Source of the DNA: Escherichia coli
GTDB taxonomy: Bacteria; Pseudomonadota; Gammaproteobacteria; Enterobacterales; Enterobacteriaceae
Length of the DNA: 64,000 nt
NCBI RefSeq assembly: GCF_030384885.1
Contig: NZ_CP128613.1
Direction: 5' to 3' (one strand)
Numbering within the stretch: the first letter of the stretch is position 1; the number at the start of each line of letters is the position of its first letter. This document shows positions 21,992 to 31,390 of this stretch, one piece after another. Position numbers and translations under genes: made by a program. The notes under the pieces are model-generated. The model was not told the DNA's origin. It did not search any database and saw only the letters and a program-made list of their open reading frames with translations.

Positions 21992-22018
21992 TGACTCTCT
22001 CCTCTACAGGATAATATT

Positions 22019-23407
22019 ATGGAAAACAAGTCTGCTCGTGCAAAGGTCCAGGCTTTTGGGGGCTTTTTGACTGCAATGGTCATTCCCAATATTGGTGCTT
22101 TTATTGCCTGGGGTTTTATAACGGCGTTATTTATTCCCACCGGTTGGTTGCCTAACGAACATTTCGCCAAAATTGTCGGCCCCATGATCACCTATTTATT
22201 ACCGGTGATGATTGGTTCTACCGGTGGCCATTTAGTCGGCGGTAAACGCGGCGCGGTAATGGGCGGAATAGGGACAATTGGTGTAATCGTCGGCGCAGAG
22301 ATTCCGATGTTCCTTGGCTCAATGATCATGGGACCGTTAGGTGGGCTGGTCATAAAATATGTCGATAAGGCACTGGAAAAACGCATACCTGCTGGTTTTG
22401 AGATGGTTATCAATAACTTCTCATTAGGTATCGCTGGGATGCTCCTTTGTCTGCTGGGTTTTGAAGTTATCGGCCCGGCGGTGTTAATTGCCAATACTTT
22501 CGTCAAAGAGTGTATTGAGGCGCTGGTACATGCGGGCTATCTGCCTTTGCTGTCAGTCATCAATGAACCGGCGAAAGTGCTTTTCCTCAATAACGCGATA
22601 GATCAGGGCGTCTATTACCCGTTAGGGATGCAACAGGCTTCAGTTAACGGTAAATCCATCTTCTTTATGGTGGCGTCCAACCCTGGGCCTGGCTTAGGGC
22701 TGCTGCTGGCATTTACCTTGTTTGGTAAAGGGATGAGTAAACGTTCTGCGCCTGGGGCGATGATTATTCACTTCCTCGGCGGCATCCACGAACTGTATTT
22801 CCCGTATGTGCTGATGAAGCCACTGACCATTATTGCCATGATTGCGGGCGGTATGTCTGGCACCTGGATGTTTAACTTACTGGACGGTGGTCTGGTGGCT
22901 GGTCCAAGTCCGGGGTCTATCTTTGCTTACCTTGCACTGACGCCGAAAGGCTCGTTCCTGGCGACAATTGCCGGTGTTACGGTAGGTACCCTGGTGTCCT
23001 TTGCTATCACTTCCGTAATACTGAAGATGGAAAAAACGGTGGAAACGGAGAGCGAAGATGAGTTTGTGCAGTCCGCCAATGCGGTTAAGGCGATGAAACA
23101 AGAAGGTACATTCTCGTTAAGCCGGGTTAAGCGTATCGCCTTTGTTTGCGATGCGGGAATGGGCTCTAGCGCGATGGGCGCAACCACCTTCCGTAAGCGC
23201 CTGGAAAAAGCGGGGCTGGCAATAGAAGTAAAACATTACGCGATAGAAAACGTGCCTGCAGATGTGGATATCGTCGTTACTCACGCTAGTCTGGAAGGGC
23301 GCGTGAAACGTGTGACGGATAAACCGCTGATATTGATTAATAACTATATTGGCGATCCCAAACTCGACACTTTATTTAATCAATTAACCGCTGAACATAA
23401 AAACTGA
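22019..23407 (+). CDS. cmtA: Mannitol-type PTS enzyme IICB component (cryptic cmt system)
   Basis: 462-aa ORF; polytopic EIIC followed by EIIB domain (FVCDAGMGSS). Confidence 0.85.
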   Translation: MENKSARAKVQAFGGFLTAMVIPNIGAFIAWGFITALFIPTGWLPNEHFAKIVGPMITYLLPVMIGSTGGHLVGGKRGAVMGGIGTIGVIVGAEIPMFLGSMIMGPLGGLVIKYVDKALEKRIPAGFEMVINNFSLGIAGMLLCLLGFEVIGPAVLIANTFVKECIEALVHAGYLPLLSVINEPAKVLFLNNAIDQGVYYPLGMQQASVNGKSIFFMVASNPGPGLGLLLAFTLFGKGMSKRSAPGAMIIHFLGGIHELYFPYVLMKPLTIIAMIAGGMSGTWMFNLLDGGLVAGPSPGSIFAYLALTPKGSFLATIAGVTVGTLVSFAITSVILKMEKTVETESEDEFVQSANAVKAMKQEGTFSLSRVKRIAFVCDAGMGSSAMGATTFRKRLEKAGLAIEVKHYAIENVPADVDIVVTHASLEGRVKRVTDKPLILINNYIGDPKLDTLFNQLTAEHKN

Positions 23408-23421
23408 TTGCCGAGGTAAAA

Positions 23422-24699
23422 ATGAAAACCAAAGTTGCTGCTATTTATGGCAAGCGAGATGTCCGTCTGCGCGAATTTGAACTGCCCAAAATTACCGATA
23501 ATGAACTGCTGGTGAGTGTAATTTCTGACAGTGTGTGTTTATCGACCTGGAAAGCGGCGTTACTCGGTAGCGAACATAAACGGGTGCCCGACGATTTAGA
23601 AAATCATCCGGTCATTACCGGGCATGAATGTGCCGGGATTATTGTTGAAGTGGGGAAAAATCTTACCGACAAATATAAAAAAGGCCAACGTTTTGTATTG
23701 CAACCGGCGATGGGGCTACCAAGCGGGTATTCTGCGGGATACAGCTACGAATATTTTGGCGGTAATGCTACCTATATGATTATTCCAGAGGTAGCCATTA
23801 ATTTGGGCTGCGTATTACCGTATCACGGATCTTATTTTGCTGCGGCGTCTCTGGCAGAGCCGATGTGCTGCATTATTGGCGCTTATCATGCCAATTATCA
23901 CACCACGCAATATGTTTATGAGCATCGCATGGGCGTGAAACCTGGTGGCAATATTGCGCTGCTGGCGTGTGCGGGCCCGATGGGGATAGGCGCTATCGAT
24001 TACGCTATTCACGGCGGCATACAACCGTCGCGGGTAGTGGTGGTCGATATCGACGACAAACGCCTGGCACAGGTGCAGAAGCTGCTGCCGGTGGAGCTGG
24101 CGGCCAGCAAAGGCATTGAGCTGATATATGTGAATACCAAAGGAATGGCCGATCCGGTACAGAAGCTGCGGGCGCTGACGGATGATGCCGGGTTCGATGA
24201 CATTTTTGTTTATGCGGCGGTGCCTGCTGTCGTTGAGATGGCTGACGAATTACTGGCGGAAGATGGCTGCCTGAACTTCTTTGCCGGTCCGACGGATAAA
24301 AACTTCAAAGTGCCGTTTAATTTCTACAACGTCCATTACAACAGTACGCACGTCGTCGGTACATCGGGTGGTTCAACGGACGATATGAAAGAGGCGATTG
24401 CCCTGAGCGCCACGGGGCAGTTGCAACCGTCGTTTATGGTGACGCATATCGGTGGCCTGGATGCAGTGCCAGAAACCGTTCTCAATTTACCGGATATCCC
24501 CGGTGGTAAAAAACTCATTTACAACGGCGTTACCATGCCGCTCACTGCCATTGCCGATTTTGCCGAAAAAGGCAAAACAGATCCGCTGTTTAAAGAGCTT
24601 GCGCGGCTGGTTGAGGAAACGCACGGCATCTGGAATGAACAGGCCGAGAAATATCTGCTGGCGCAATTTGGCGTTGATATCGGGGAGGCCGCGCAATGA
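23422..24699 (+). CDS. yggP: Zinc-dependent polyol/alcohol dehydrogenase-like protein
   Basis: 425-aa ORF; MDR-type dehydrogenase motifs (HECAG, GAGPMG); synteny with cmtBA. Confidence 0.8.
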   Translation: MKTKVAAIYGKRDVRLREFELPKITDNELLVSVISDSVCLSTWKAALLGSEHKRVPDDLENHPVITGHECAGIIVEVGKNLTDKYKKGQRFVLQPAMGLPSGYSAGYSYEYFGGNATYMIIPEVAINLGCVLPYHGSYFAAASLAEPMCCIIGAYHANYHTTQYVYEHRMGVKPGGNIALLACAGPMGIGAIDYAIHGGIQPSRVVVVDIDDKRLAQVQKLLPVELAASKGIELIYVNTKGMADPVQKLRALTDDAGFDDIFVYAAVPAVVEMADELLAEDGCLNFFAGPTDKNFKVPFNFYNVHYNSTHVVGTSGGSTDDMKEAIALSATGQLQPSFMVTHIGGLDAVPETVLNLPDIPGGKKLIYNGVTMPLTAIADFAEKGKTDPLFKELARLVEETHGIWNEQAEKYLLAQFGVDIGEAAQ

Positions 24700-25661
24700 T
24701 GTCCCTGGCGTGGCCATTATTTCGCGTTACGGAGCAGGCAGCGTTGGCTGCCTGGCCGCAAACCGGATGTGGCAACAAAAATAAAATTGATGGCCTGGCG
24801 GTCACCGCGATGCGCCAGGCATTAAACGATGTCGCTTTTCGTGGGCGAGTGGTTATCGGCGAGGGAGAAATTGACCATGCGCCGATGCTGTGGATTGGCG
24901 AGGAGGTGGGCAAAGGCGATGGGCCAGAAGTCGATATCGCGGTTGATCCCATTGAAGGTACGCGGATGGTGGCGATGGGGCAGAGCAATGCGCTGGCGGT
25001 CATGGCTTTCTCCCCTCGAGATAGCCTGTTACACGCGCCCGATATGTATATGAAAAAACTGGTTGTTAATCGGCTGGCGGCGGGCGCGATTGATCTGTCT
25101 TTGCCTCTGGCGGACAACTTGCGCAACGTGGCGAAAGCGTTAGGCAAACCGCTGGACAAGCTGCGTATGGTTACGCTGGATAAACCGCGCCTGAGTGCCG
25201 CAATTGAGGAAGCGACGCAACTGGGCGTGAAGGTTTTTGCCCTGCCGGATGGCGATGTTGCCGCCAGCGTGCTGACCTGCTGGCAGGATAATCCTTACGA
25301 TGTGATGTACACCATCGGCGGTGCGCCGGAGGGCGTGATTTCTGCCTGTGCCGTTAAAGCATTAGGCGGGGATATGCAGGCCGAGCTGATTGACTTTTGT
25401 CAGGCTAAAGGGGATTACACGGAAAATCGGCAGATTGCAGAGCAGGAACGCCAGCGTTGCAAGGCAATGGGCGTTGACGTTAACCGTGTGTACTCGCTCG
25501 ATGAACTGGTGAGGGGGAACGATATCCTCTTTAGCGCTACGGGCGTGACGGGCGGTGAGTTGGTGAATGGTATCCAACAGACGGCGAATGGGGTGCGGAC
25601 GCAGACATTACTGATCGGCGGCGCGGACCAAACGTGTAATATAATAGACTCCCTGCATTGA
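24696..25661 (+). CDS. yggF: Fructose-1,6-bisphosphatase class II (GlpX paralogue)
   Basis: 321-aa ORF; GlpX-family motifs; 4-nt overlap with yggP. Confidence 0.85.
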   Translation: MMSLAWPLFRVTEQAALAAWPQTGCGNKNKIDGLAVTAMRQALNDVAFRGRVVIGEGEIDHAPMLWIGEEVGKGDGPEVDIAVDPIEGTRMVAMGQSNALAVMAFSPRDSLLHAPDMYMKKLVVNRLAAGAIDLSLPLADNLRNVAKALGKPLDKLRMVTLDKPRLSAAIEEATQLGVKVFALPDGDVAASVLTCWQDNPYDVMYTIGGAPEGVISACAVKALGGDMQAELIDFCQAKGDYTENRQIAEQERQRCKAMGVDVNRVYSLDELVRGNDILFSATGVTGGELVNGIQQTANGVRTQTLLIGGADQTCNIIDSLH

Positions 25662-25682
25662 TGGTGATCTATCGGAAGACCA

Positions 25683-26192
25683 ATGGCGACGCTGACAGAA
25701 GATGATGTGCTTGAGCAACTGGACGCACAGGACAATTTATTGTCATTTATGAAAACTGCACATGCCATTTTGCTCCAGGGGATACGCCAGTTTCTGCCGT
25801 CGCTGTTTGTCGATAACGATGAAGAGATCGTGGAATATGCAGTGAAGCCGTTACTCGCTCAAAGCGGCCCGCTTGACGATATTGATGTTGCGCTACGTTT
25901 GATTTTTGCACTGGGGAAAATGGACAAATGGCTGTACGCCGATATCACGCACTTTTCCCAGTTCTGGCATTACCTGAATGAACAGGATGAAACGCCCGGA
26001 TTTGCCGATGACATTACCTGGGATTTTATCAGCAACGTCAATAGCATAACCCGCAATGCGACGCTCTATGACGCGTTAAAAGCGATGAAGTTCGCTGATT
26101 TCGCCGTCTGGTCAGAGGTGCGTTTTAGTGGGATGGTCAAAACGGCGCTGACGCTGGCAGTAACGACCACCTTAAAGGAATTAACGCCGTGA
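25683..26192 (+). CDS. yggD: MtlR-like protein YggD (annotated as fumarase E in E. coli)
   Basis: 169-aa ORF MATLTEDDVLEQLDAQDNLLSF; synteny. Confidence 0.75.
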   Translation: MATLTEDDVLEQLDAQDNLLSFMKTAHAILLQGIRQFLPSLFVDNDEEIVEYAVKPLLAQSGPLDDIDVALRLIFALGKMDKWLYADITHFSQFWHYLNEQDETPGFADDITWDFISNVNSITRNATLYDALKAMKFADFAVWSEVRFSGMVKTALTLAVTTTLKELTP

Positions 26193-26902
26193 AAATTGAC
26201 TTAACGGTGAATGGTCTGAAGGTACAAGCACAGTACCATGTTGATGAGATAGAAAATGTACATAAACCGTTGCTGCGTATGTTGGCGGCCTTACAGACGG
26301 TAAATCCGCAGCGGCGTACCGTGGTTTTTCTTTGCGCTCCGCCGGGGACGGGTAAATCTACCCTAACCACTTTCTGGGAATATCTCACGCAACAAGACCC
26401 GGAACTACCCACTATTCAGACGCTGCCGATGGATGGTTTTCACCATTACAATAACTGGCTGGATGCGCATCAATTGCGCCCCTTTAAAGGCGCACCAGAG
26501 ACATTCGATGTGGCAAAACTGGTGGAAAATCTGCGCCAGGTAATGGAAGGGGATTGTACGTGGCCGCAGTACGATCGACAAAAGCATGAGCCTGTTGAAG
26601 ATGCGTTGCACGTTACCGCACCACTCGTCATCGTCGAAGGAAACTGGTTGTTGCTGGACGACGAGAAGTGGTGCCAGCTTGCGCAATTTTGTGATTTCTC
26701 GATCTTTATCAACGCGCCAGCTACTGCGTTGCAGGAACGACTGGTGGGGCGCAAGCTGGCGGGAGGGTTATCGCTGGCAGACGCAGAAGCCTTTTATGAC
26801 CGTACCGATGGGCCGAATGTTCGCCGGGTGCTGGAAGAGAGTCTGCCTGCAAATTTGACCTTAATGATGACCGCTACGGGTGAATATCGTCTGGTGGATT
26901 AA
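26189..26902 (+). CDS. yggC: Putative P-loop kinase YggC
   Basis: 237-aa ORF with Walker A PPGTGKST; 4-nt overlap with yggD. Confidence 0.75.
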   Translation: MKIDLTVNGLKVQAQYHVDEIENVHKPLLRMLAALQTVNPQRRTVVFLCAPPGTGKSTLTTFWEYLTQQDPELPTIQTLPMDGFHHYNNWLDAHQLRPFKGAPETFDVAKLVENLRQVMEGDCTWPQYDRQKHEPVEDALHVTAPLVIVEGNWLLLDDEKWCQLAQFCDFSIFINAPATALQERLVGRKLAGGLSLADAEAFYDRTDGPNVRRVLEESLPANLTLMMTATGEYRLVD

Positions 26903-27584
26903 CGTTCCTGATTACACCATCTTCCAGTCGCACCACACGAGAGAAATGACGCCGGGTAAATGCGGCGTCATGACTGATTGCTACGACGCTCGTGCCTCGC
27001 TGGCGGCACTTTTCCAGCCAGCTTTCAAACACGCTCATCCAATTTTCGTCAAAATCCCGACTCGGCTCGTCCAGCAGCAATAGCGGCGGAGAGAGTGCTT
27101 CCAGGCAGGCGACGGCGACCATCCGTCGCTGCGCACTATGCAGATCTAACGGATGCGCGCTGGCAGTGTCTGCTAACTGACAGCATTGCAGGGCAGCATT
27201 GGTACGTTGAGTGATTTCATCCGCCAGGCATTTTTGCAGTTTCAAACCAAATGCGATCTCGTCAGCGACGGTGCTGTGAAAAAGCTGGTTTTCCGCTTCC
27301 TGAAACAGTACGCCAATCTTTGCTGCACGTTGGCGGTTTTTCAGGTTTTTCATCGCCTGTTGTTGCAGTATAACCGTACCGGTTGTGGGCGTAAGAAGAC
27401 CTGCCATTACTCGTAACAGCGTCGATTTTCCCGCGCCATTGTCGCCGGTCAGCGCCAACCATTCACCTTGTTTGAGTTGCAGAGAAATGTCGCAAAGACA
27501 ATCCGTTGCCGCGCCAGGCCAGCGATAAGACATCTGATTTAACGTTAACATAGTGGCTGGAGCGCTCCGTTTTGCAATTGCCAC
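26874..27584 (-). CDS. ECF/ABC transporter ATPase subunit (A2-like, degenerate signature motif)
   Basis: 236-aa ORF (alternative start Met12 at 27551, overlapping upstream stop as ATGnTAA); Walker A GDNGAGKST, Walker B LLLLDEP, H-loop ISHD; signature LHSAQRR instead of LSGGQ; 3' end overlaps yggC convergently. Confidence 0.75.
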   Translation of the reverse strand: MAIAKRSAPATMLTLNQMSYRWPGAATDCLCDISLQLKQGEWLALTGDNGAGKSTLLRVMAGLLTPTTGTVILQQQAMKNLKNRQRAAKIGVLFQEAENQLFHSTVADEIAFGLKLQKCLADEITQRTNAALQCCQLADTASAHPLDLHSAQRRMVAVACLEALSPPLLLLDEPSRDFDENWMSVFESWLEKCRQRGTSVVAISHDAAFTRRHFSRVVRLEDGVIRNVNPPDDIHP

Positions 27585-28228
27585 GCTTGCTGGCAGTAGT
27601 TCAGGAAAGGTGTGCGATGACGTTCAAAAAGAATAATCAGCGAACCACGTTCAAACGCCCAGTGTTGTAAGCGCTGCAACAGCATTTCGCTGGCCTGCGG
27701 CGTCAGGCGACTAAAGGCTTCATCAAGAATTAATAGTTTTGGCTGCATCGCGATGGCGCAGGCGATGACCACGCGCTGTGTCTCTCCACCGGAGAGTGTT
27801 GCCGGGTGACGATGGCGCAACGGCTGGCACTCGGTCAGAGTCAGGGCGGCATCAATCCGCGCCATAATCTCCTCTTCAGCAAGACACAGATTTTCTGGCC
27901 CAAAGGCAACTTCTTCTTCCACGCTAAAGGTACAGCCGGAGAGCTGCAAATAGGGCGATTGCTGAACGAGCTGGATGGTGGCGGATTGTTCATTAAGCGG
28001 GAGATACCCAATGGGCGTACCGAGAAGCGTCCCCGTGCCGGTTATCTCTCCTGGCAGAAAGTCCGGATACCAGCCCGCCATCAGTTGCGCCAGCGTACTT
28101 TTGCCACAGCCGTTGTCGCCAAAGATGGCGACTATCCCCGGTTTGACATAGTGAAAGTCATAACAGAACGGAGGGTGCGTTGAGTGTGTCGGGCAATAGC
28201 GAAACTGTTCTAACGTAACCATATCCAC
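27545..28228 (-). CDS. ECF/ABC transporter ATPase subunit (A1-like)
   Basis: 227-aa ORF; Walker A GDNGCGKST, signature LSGGETQR, Walker B LLILDEA. Confidence 0.75.
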   Translation of the reverse strand: MDMVTLEQFRYCPTHSTHPPFCYDFHYVKPGIVAIFGDNGCGKSTLAQLMAGWYPDFLPGEITGTGTLLGTPIGYLPLNEQSATIQLVQQSPYLQLSGCTFSVEEEVAFGPENLCLAEEEIMARIDAALTLTECQPLRHRHPATLSGGETQRVVIACAIAMQPKLLILDEAFSRLTPQASEMLLQRLQHWAFERGSLIILFERHRTPFLNYCQQAWQLQNGALQPLC

Positions 28229-28917
28229 GCTCCGAATTCTGCCAGCATCAGCAAGATCATGGCGTAACGTGCCACTTTTTCCAGGTTACTGTCAGGCGGT
28301 GCCCATAACGTAGTGCGCCGGTTGTGGATCCGAAATGCCCGCATATCCAGCGCCGCACCACGGATAGCCAGATCGTTTAGCGCATTGTGTGTTAGCGGAA
28401 TAATTAGCGCGGGTATAGCACGTAAACGCTGATACCAGCCCTCATCCAGCGGCACGCCACGGGCGCGCTGCGCTTCATGAATAATCGCTAATTGCCGTTT
28501 TAACTGCTCAACGACCAACAAAGGCCCGGCGAACAGATAAGCGACGCCCGGCGGCAGGCGAGAAGCAAACAAAGCGCGGATAAAACGTTGCACTGGGACG
28601 AATTGCATCCACAACTGCGAGGTTGAAACAATCGCGAGAATCCGCAGCCAGAGCGTAATAGCATGCGTCCACCGTTCTGGCGAGCGTGGCGTGCCGTTTA
28701 GCCATTCTGTCAGCCAGCCACCGTGTACCAGCCACAGTCCAGCCCCCAGCGAGAACATCAGCCAGACAACATATTTTGCCCGCCGCCGCGTGGCCTTTAG
28801 CGCAATAAGGCAGAAAAAGGTCGCCGCGCTATAGACTGTCAGTATTGTCTGTGTGGGCAGGATAAGCGTGGTGCAGGCCGCCAGCGCCCACAGCGTTAGG
28901 GATGTAAACGGATGCAT
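28210..28917 (-). CDS. ECF transporter transmembrane (T) component, CbiQ/EcfT family
   Basis: 235-aa polytopic ORF with C-terminal AQRARG and AIRGAALDMRAF motifs typical of EcfT; start abuts stop of upstream gene. Confidence 0.75.
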   Translation of the reverse strand: MHPFTSLTLWALAACTTLILPTQTILTVYSAATFFCLIALKATRRRAKYVVWLMFSLGAGLWLVHGGWLTEWLNGTPRSPERWTHAITLWLRILAIVSTSQLWMQFVPVQRFIRALFASRLPPGVAYLFAGPLLVVEQLKRQLAIIHEAQRARGVPLDEGWYQRLRAIPALIIPLTHNALNDLAIRGAALDMRAFRIHNRRTTLWAPPDSNLEKVARYAMILLMLAEFGAWIWLR

Positions 28918-29499
28918 TTAGCGCACGGCAGCCATTGCCGGAAAATGGCGCGTGGTGCGAATCGGCAGCTGACGCAGTAAAAGCCAGACAATCACCGCTG
29001 TAAGAATTTTATCGACCAGGTTTGCGCCTATCACCGTAATCGCCACCGACTCCACCAGGTTTTGCCCCATAGAGTGCATCCAGGCAACGAACAAATCGGC
29101 TCCGCTACCGGTGACACCGCCGAACAGCGCAGTACGCAGCGGTACAGCGACGACCGTTACTGCAAGCGTAATAATCACGCCGCTGACAACGACTTTTGGC
29201 AGGGTGCGAAACCAACCCGCTCGCGCCAGCCAACCGGCGACCAAGCCAATAACCATCGCCACGGGGGCAAAGGCGGCGGCGATCGGGTCGGTGAGCAATC
29301 CCCAGAGTAAATTGGTCAGTAAGCCGGTCAGCATCCCGATCACCGGACCAAGCAGTACCGCGCTAATAAGTGTGCCGATGGAGTCGAGAAATATAGGTAA
29401 TTTGACCATGCTGGCCAGTTGCCCGCCAATCATATTGATGGCGATAGAGATAACAATCAACACCAGTGCTTGACTGGAAAAGTGGCGACGCGCCATAAG
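28918..29499 (-). CDS. ECF transporter substrate-specific (S) component-like membrane protein
   Basis: About 193 aa from Met33 (ORF could start at 29595); about six TM helices; LPIFLDSIGT motif resembling ECF S components (YkoE/ThiW-like); substrate unknown. Confidence 0.65.
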   Translation of the reverse strand, partial: LMARRHFSSQALVLIVISIAINMIGGQLASMVKLPIFLDSIGTLISAVLLGPVIGMLTGLLTNLLWGLLTDPIAAAFAPVAMVIGLVAGWLARAGWFRTLPKVVVSGVIITLAVTVVAVPLRTALFGGVTGSGADLFVAWMHSMGQNLVESVAITVIGANLVDKILTAVIVWLLLRQLPIRTTRHFPAMAAVR

Positions 29500-29518
29500 A
29501 AAACCTCTCTGAAAGTAG

Positions 29519-29950
29519 TTATTTAACGGGGGAAATATGCAATTCGTCGTAACCAGAAAGCGCGCAAGGTTGGCGGCTAAACGCCAGCTCCTCAAGGCAG
29601 CCGATCACCAGTTCAAGCGTGGTCCGCACGGTACAGCCGGGCATCATATGACCGCCAAGTATCGTGCCGTGTGGATCGGAAACGCAGAGATGAAGATGTT
29701 CACCACTCTGTTCCAGTGTGCCGTTCAATGCGATGACTTCGAACTTACCGCTTAGTAGGGCCGTGTTTTCTTGCCCGGCATAGCGTAAGGCGACGTCAGT
29801 CAGACTGCCGGTACAACCTGCAATCCACGCGGCGTGGAGTTGTTGTTGCTGCGCGAAGGCGCGTAATTGGGAGAGAACTTCCTGTCCTGGGAGCAGGCGC
29901 AGCGCGTAAAAGCGTGCGGAGGAAGAATATGGGTAGGGCAATGTCATCAT
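29519..29950 (-). CDS. DUF296/PPC-domain protein (first gene of the ECF module)
   Basis: 143-aa ORF; pattern RLLPGQEVLSQL...AWIAGCTGSL...LSGKFEVIALNGTL...HLHLCVSD...GGHMMPGCTVRTTLELVI fits the PPC (DUF296) fold consensus. Confidence 0.7.
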   Translation of the reverse strand: MMTLPYPYSSSARFYALRLLPGQEVLSQLRAFAQQQQLHAAWIAGCTGSLTDVALRYAGQENTALLSGKFEVIALNGTLEQSGEHLHLCVSDPHGTILGGHMMPGCTVRTTLELVIGCLEELAFSRQPCALSGYDELHISPVK

Positions 29951-30321
29951 TGGAGTACTCCGAAACTCGGACGTATTGCGGATAATATCGACGCTGCATC
30001 AGTCATATTCTGATATAAGTCAGGGTTTGTGACGGCACAACGAAAAGATTTTGCTACGCTTATTCGTGATTCTGCAAAGTGGAATAAATTCCACAGGGGC
30101 GGGGCTGAAAACGTGACGTAAGTCAGATAATTGTCTTCTTTGACTGGACAATCATTCCTTTTATTCCACGTTTCGCTTATCCTAGCTGAAGCGTTTCAGT
30201 CGATTAAATGTTCGACAATTAACCAATCAGTCGCAGTTTGCGACAGGTAAGGTTTCCCCGGACGATTTGCTGGATTACTCTGTCTGGCAAATTTGCTCAG
30301 GGAAAACCTTGCAGGAGATCT

Positions 30322-31341
30322 ATGACCGTACGCGTAGCGATAAATGGCTTCGGTCGCATCGGGCGTAATGTGGTTCGTGCTTTGTATGAATCCGGACGCC
30401 GGGCGGAAATTACCGTGGTGGCAATCAACGAACTGGCGGATGCTGCGGGCATGGCGCATTTGTTGAAGTATGACACCAGTCATGGCCGTTTTGCATGGGA
30501 AGTACGACAGGAACGCGATCAACTTTTTGTTGGTGATGACGCCATCCGCGTATTGCACGAACGTTCACTGCAATCGCTCCCATGGCGTGAACTGGGCGTC
30601 GATGTGGTTCTTGACTGCACCGGCGTATATGGCTCCCGCGAGCATGGCGAAGCGCATATTGCCGCCGGGGCCAAAAAAGTGCTCTTTTCACATCCTGGTA
30701 GTAACGATCTCGACGCGACCGTTGTTTACGGCGTCAATCAGGATCAACTTCGTGCGGAACACCGCATCGTTTCTAACGCTTCCTGTACCACGAATTGCAT
30801 AATTCCCGTCATCAAATTGTTAGATGATGCGTACGGTATTGAGTCCGGCACTGTGACCACAATTCACTCCGCCATGCACGATCAACAGGTTATTGATGCA
30901 TACCATCCTGACCTGCGTCGCACCCGGGCAGCCAGCCAGTCGATCATTCCGGTCGATACTAAACTGGCCGCCGGTATCACACGATTTTTTCCGCAATTTA
31001 ATGATCGCTTTGAAGCGATTGCGGTACGTGTGCCAACCATAAATGTGACGGCAATCGATTTAAGCGTGACGGTGAAGAAACCTGTAAAAGCCAATGAAGT
31101 CAACCTGTTGCTGCAAAAAGCAGCACAAGGTGCATTTCATGGTATAGTTGACTATACGGAATTGCCGTTGGTCTCTGTAGATTTTAACCACGATCCGCAC
31201 AGTGCCATTGTCGATGGCACCCAAACCCGGGTCAGTGGCGCACACCTGATCAAAACGTTGGTCTGGTGCGATAACGAATGGGGCTTTGCTAACCGAATGC
31301 TCGACACGACGTTAGCTATGGCTACTGTTGCTTTCAGGTAA
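30322..31341 (+). CDS. epd: D-erythrose-4-phosphate dehydrogenase
   Basis: 339 aa from [25 protein letters not shown]; GAPDH-family; track ORF has a 28-codon upstream extension. Confidence 0.9.
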
Positions 31342-31390
31342 GACGCAAGCAGCGTCTGCAAAACTTTTAGAATCAACGAGAGGATTCACC

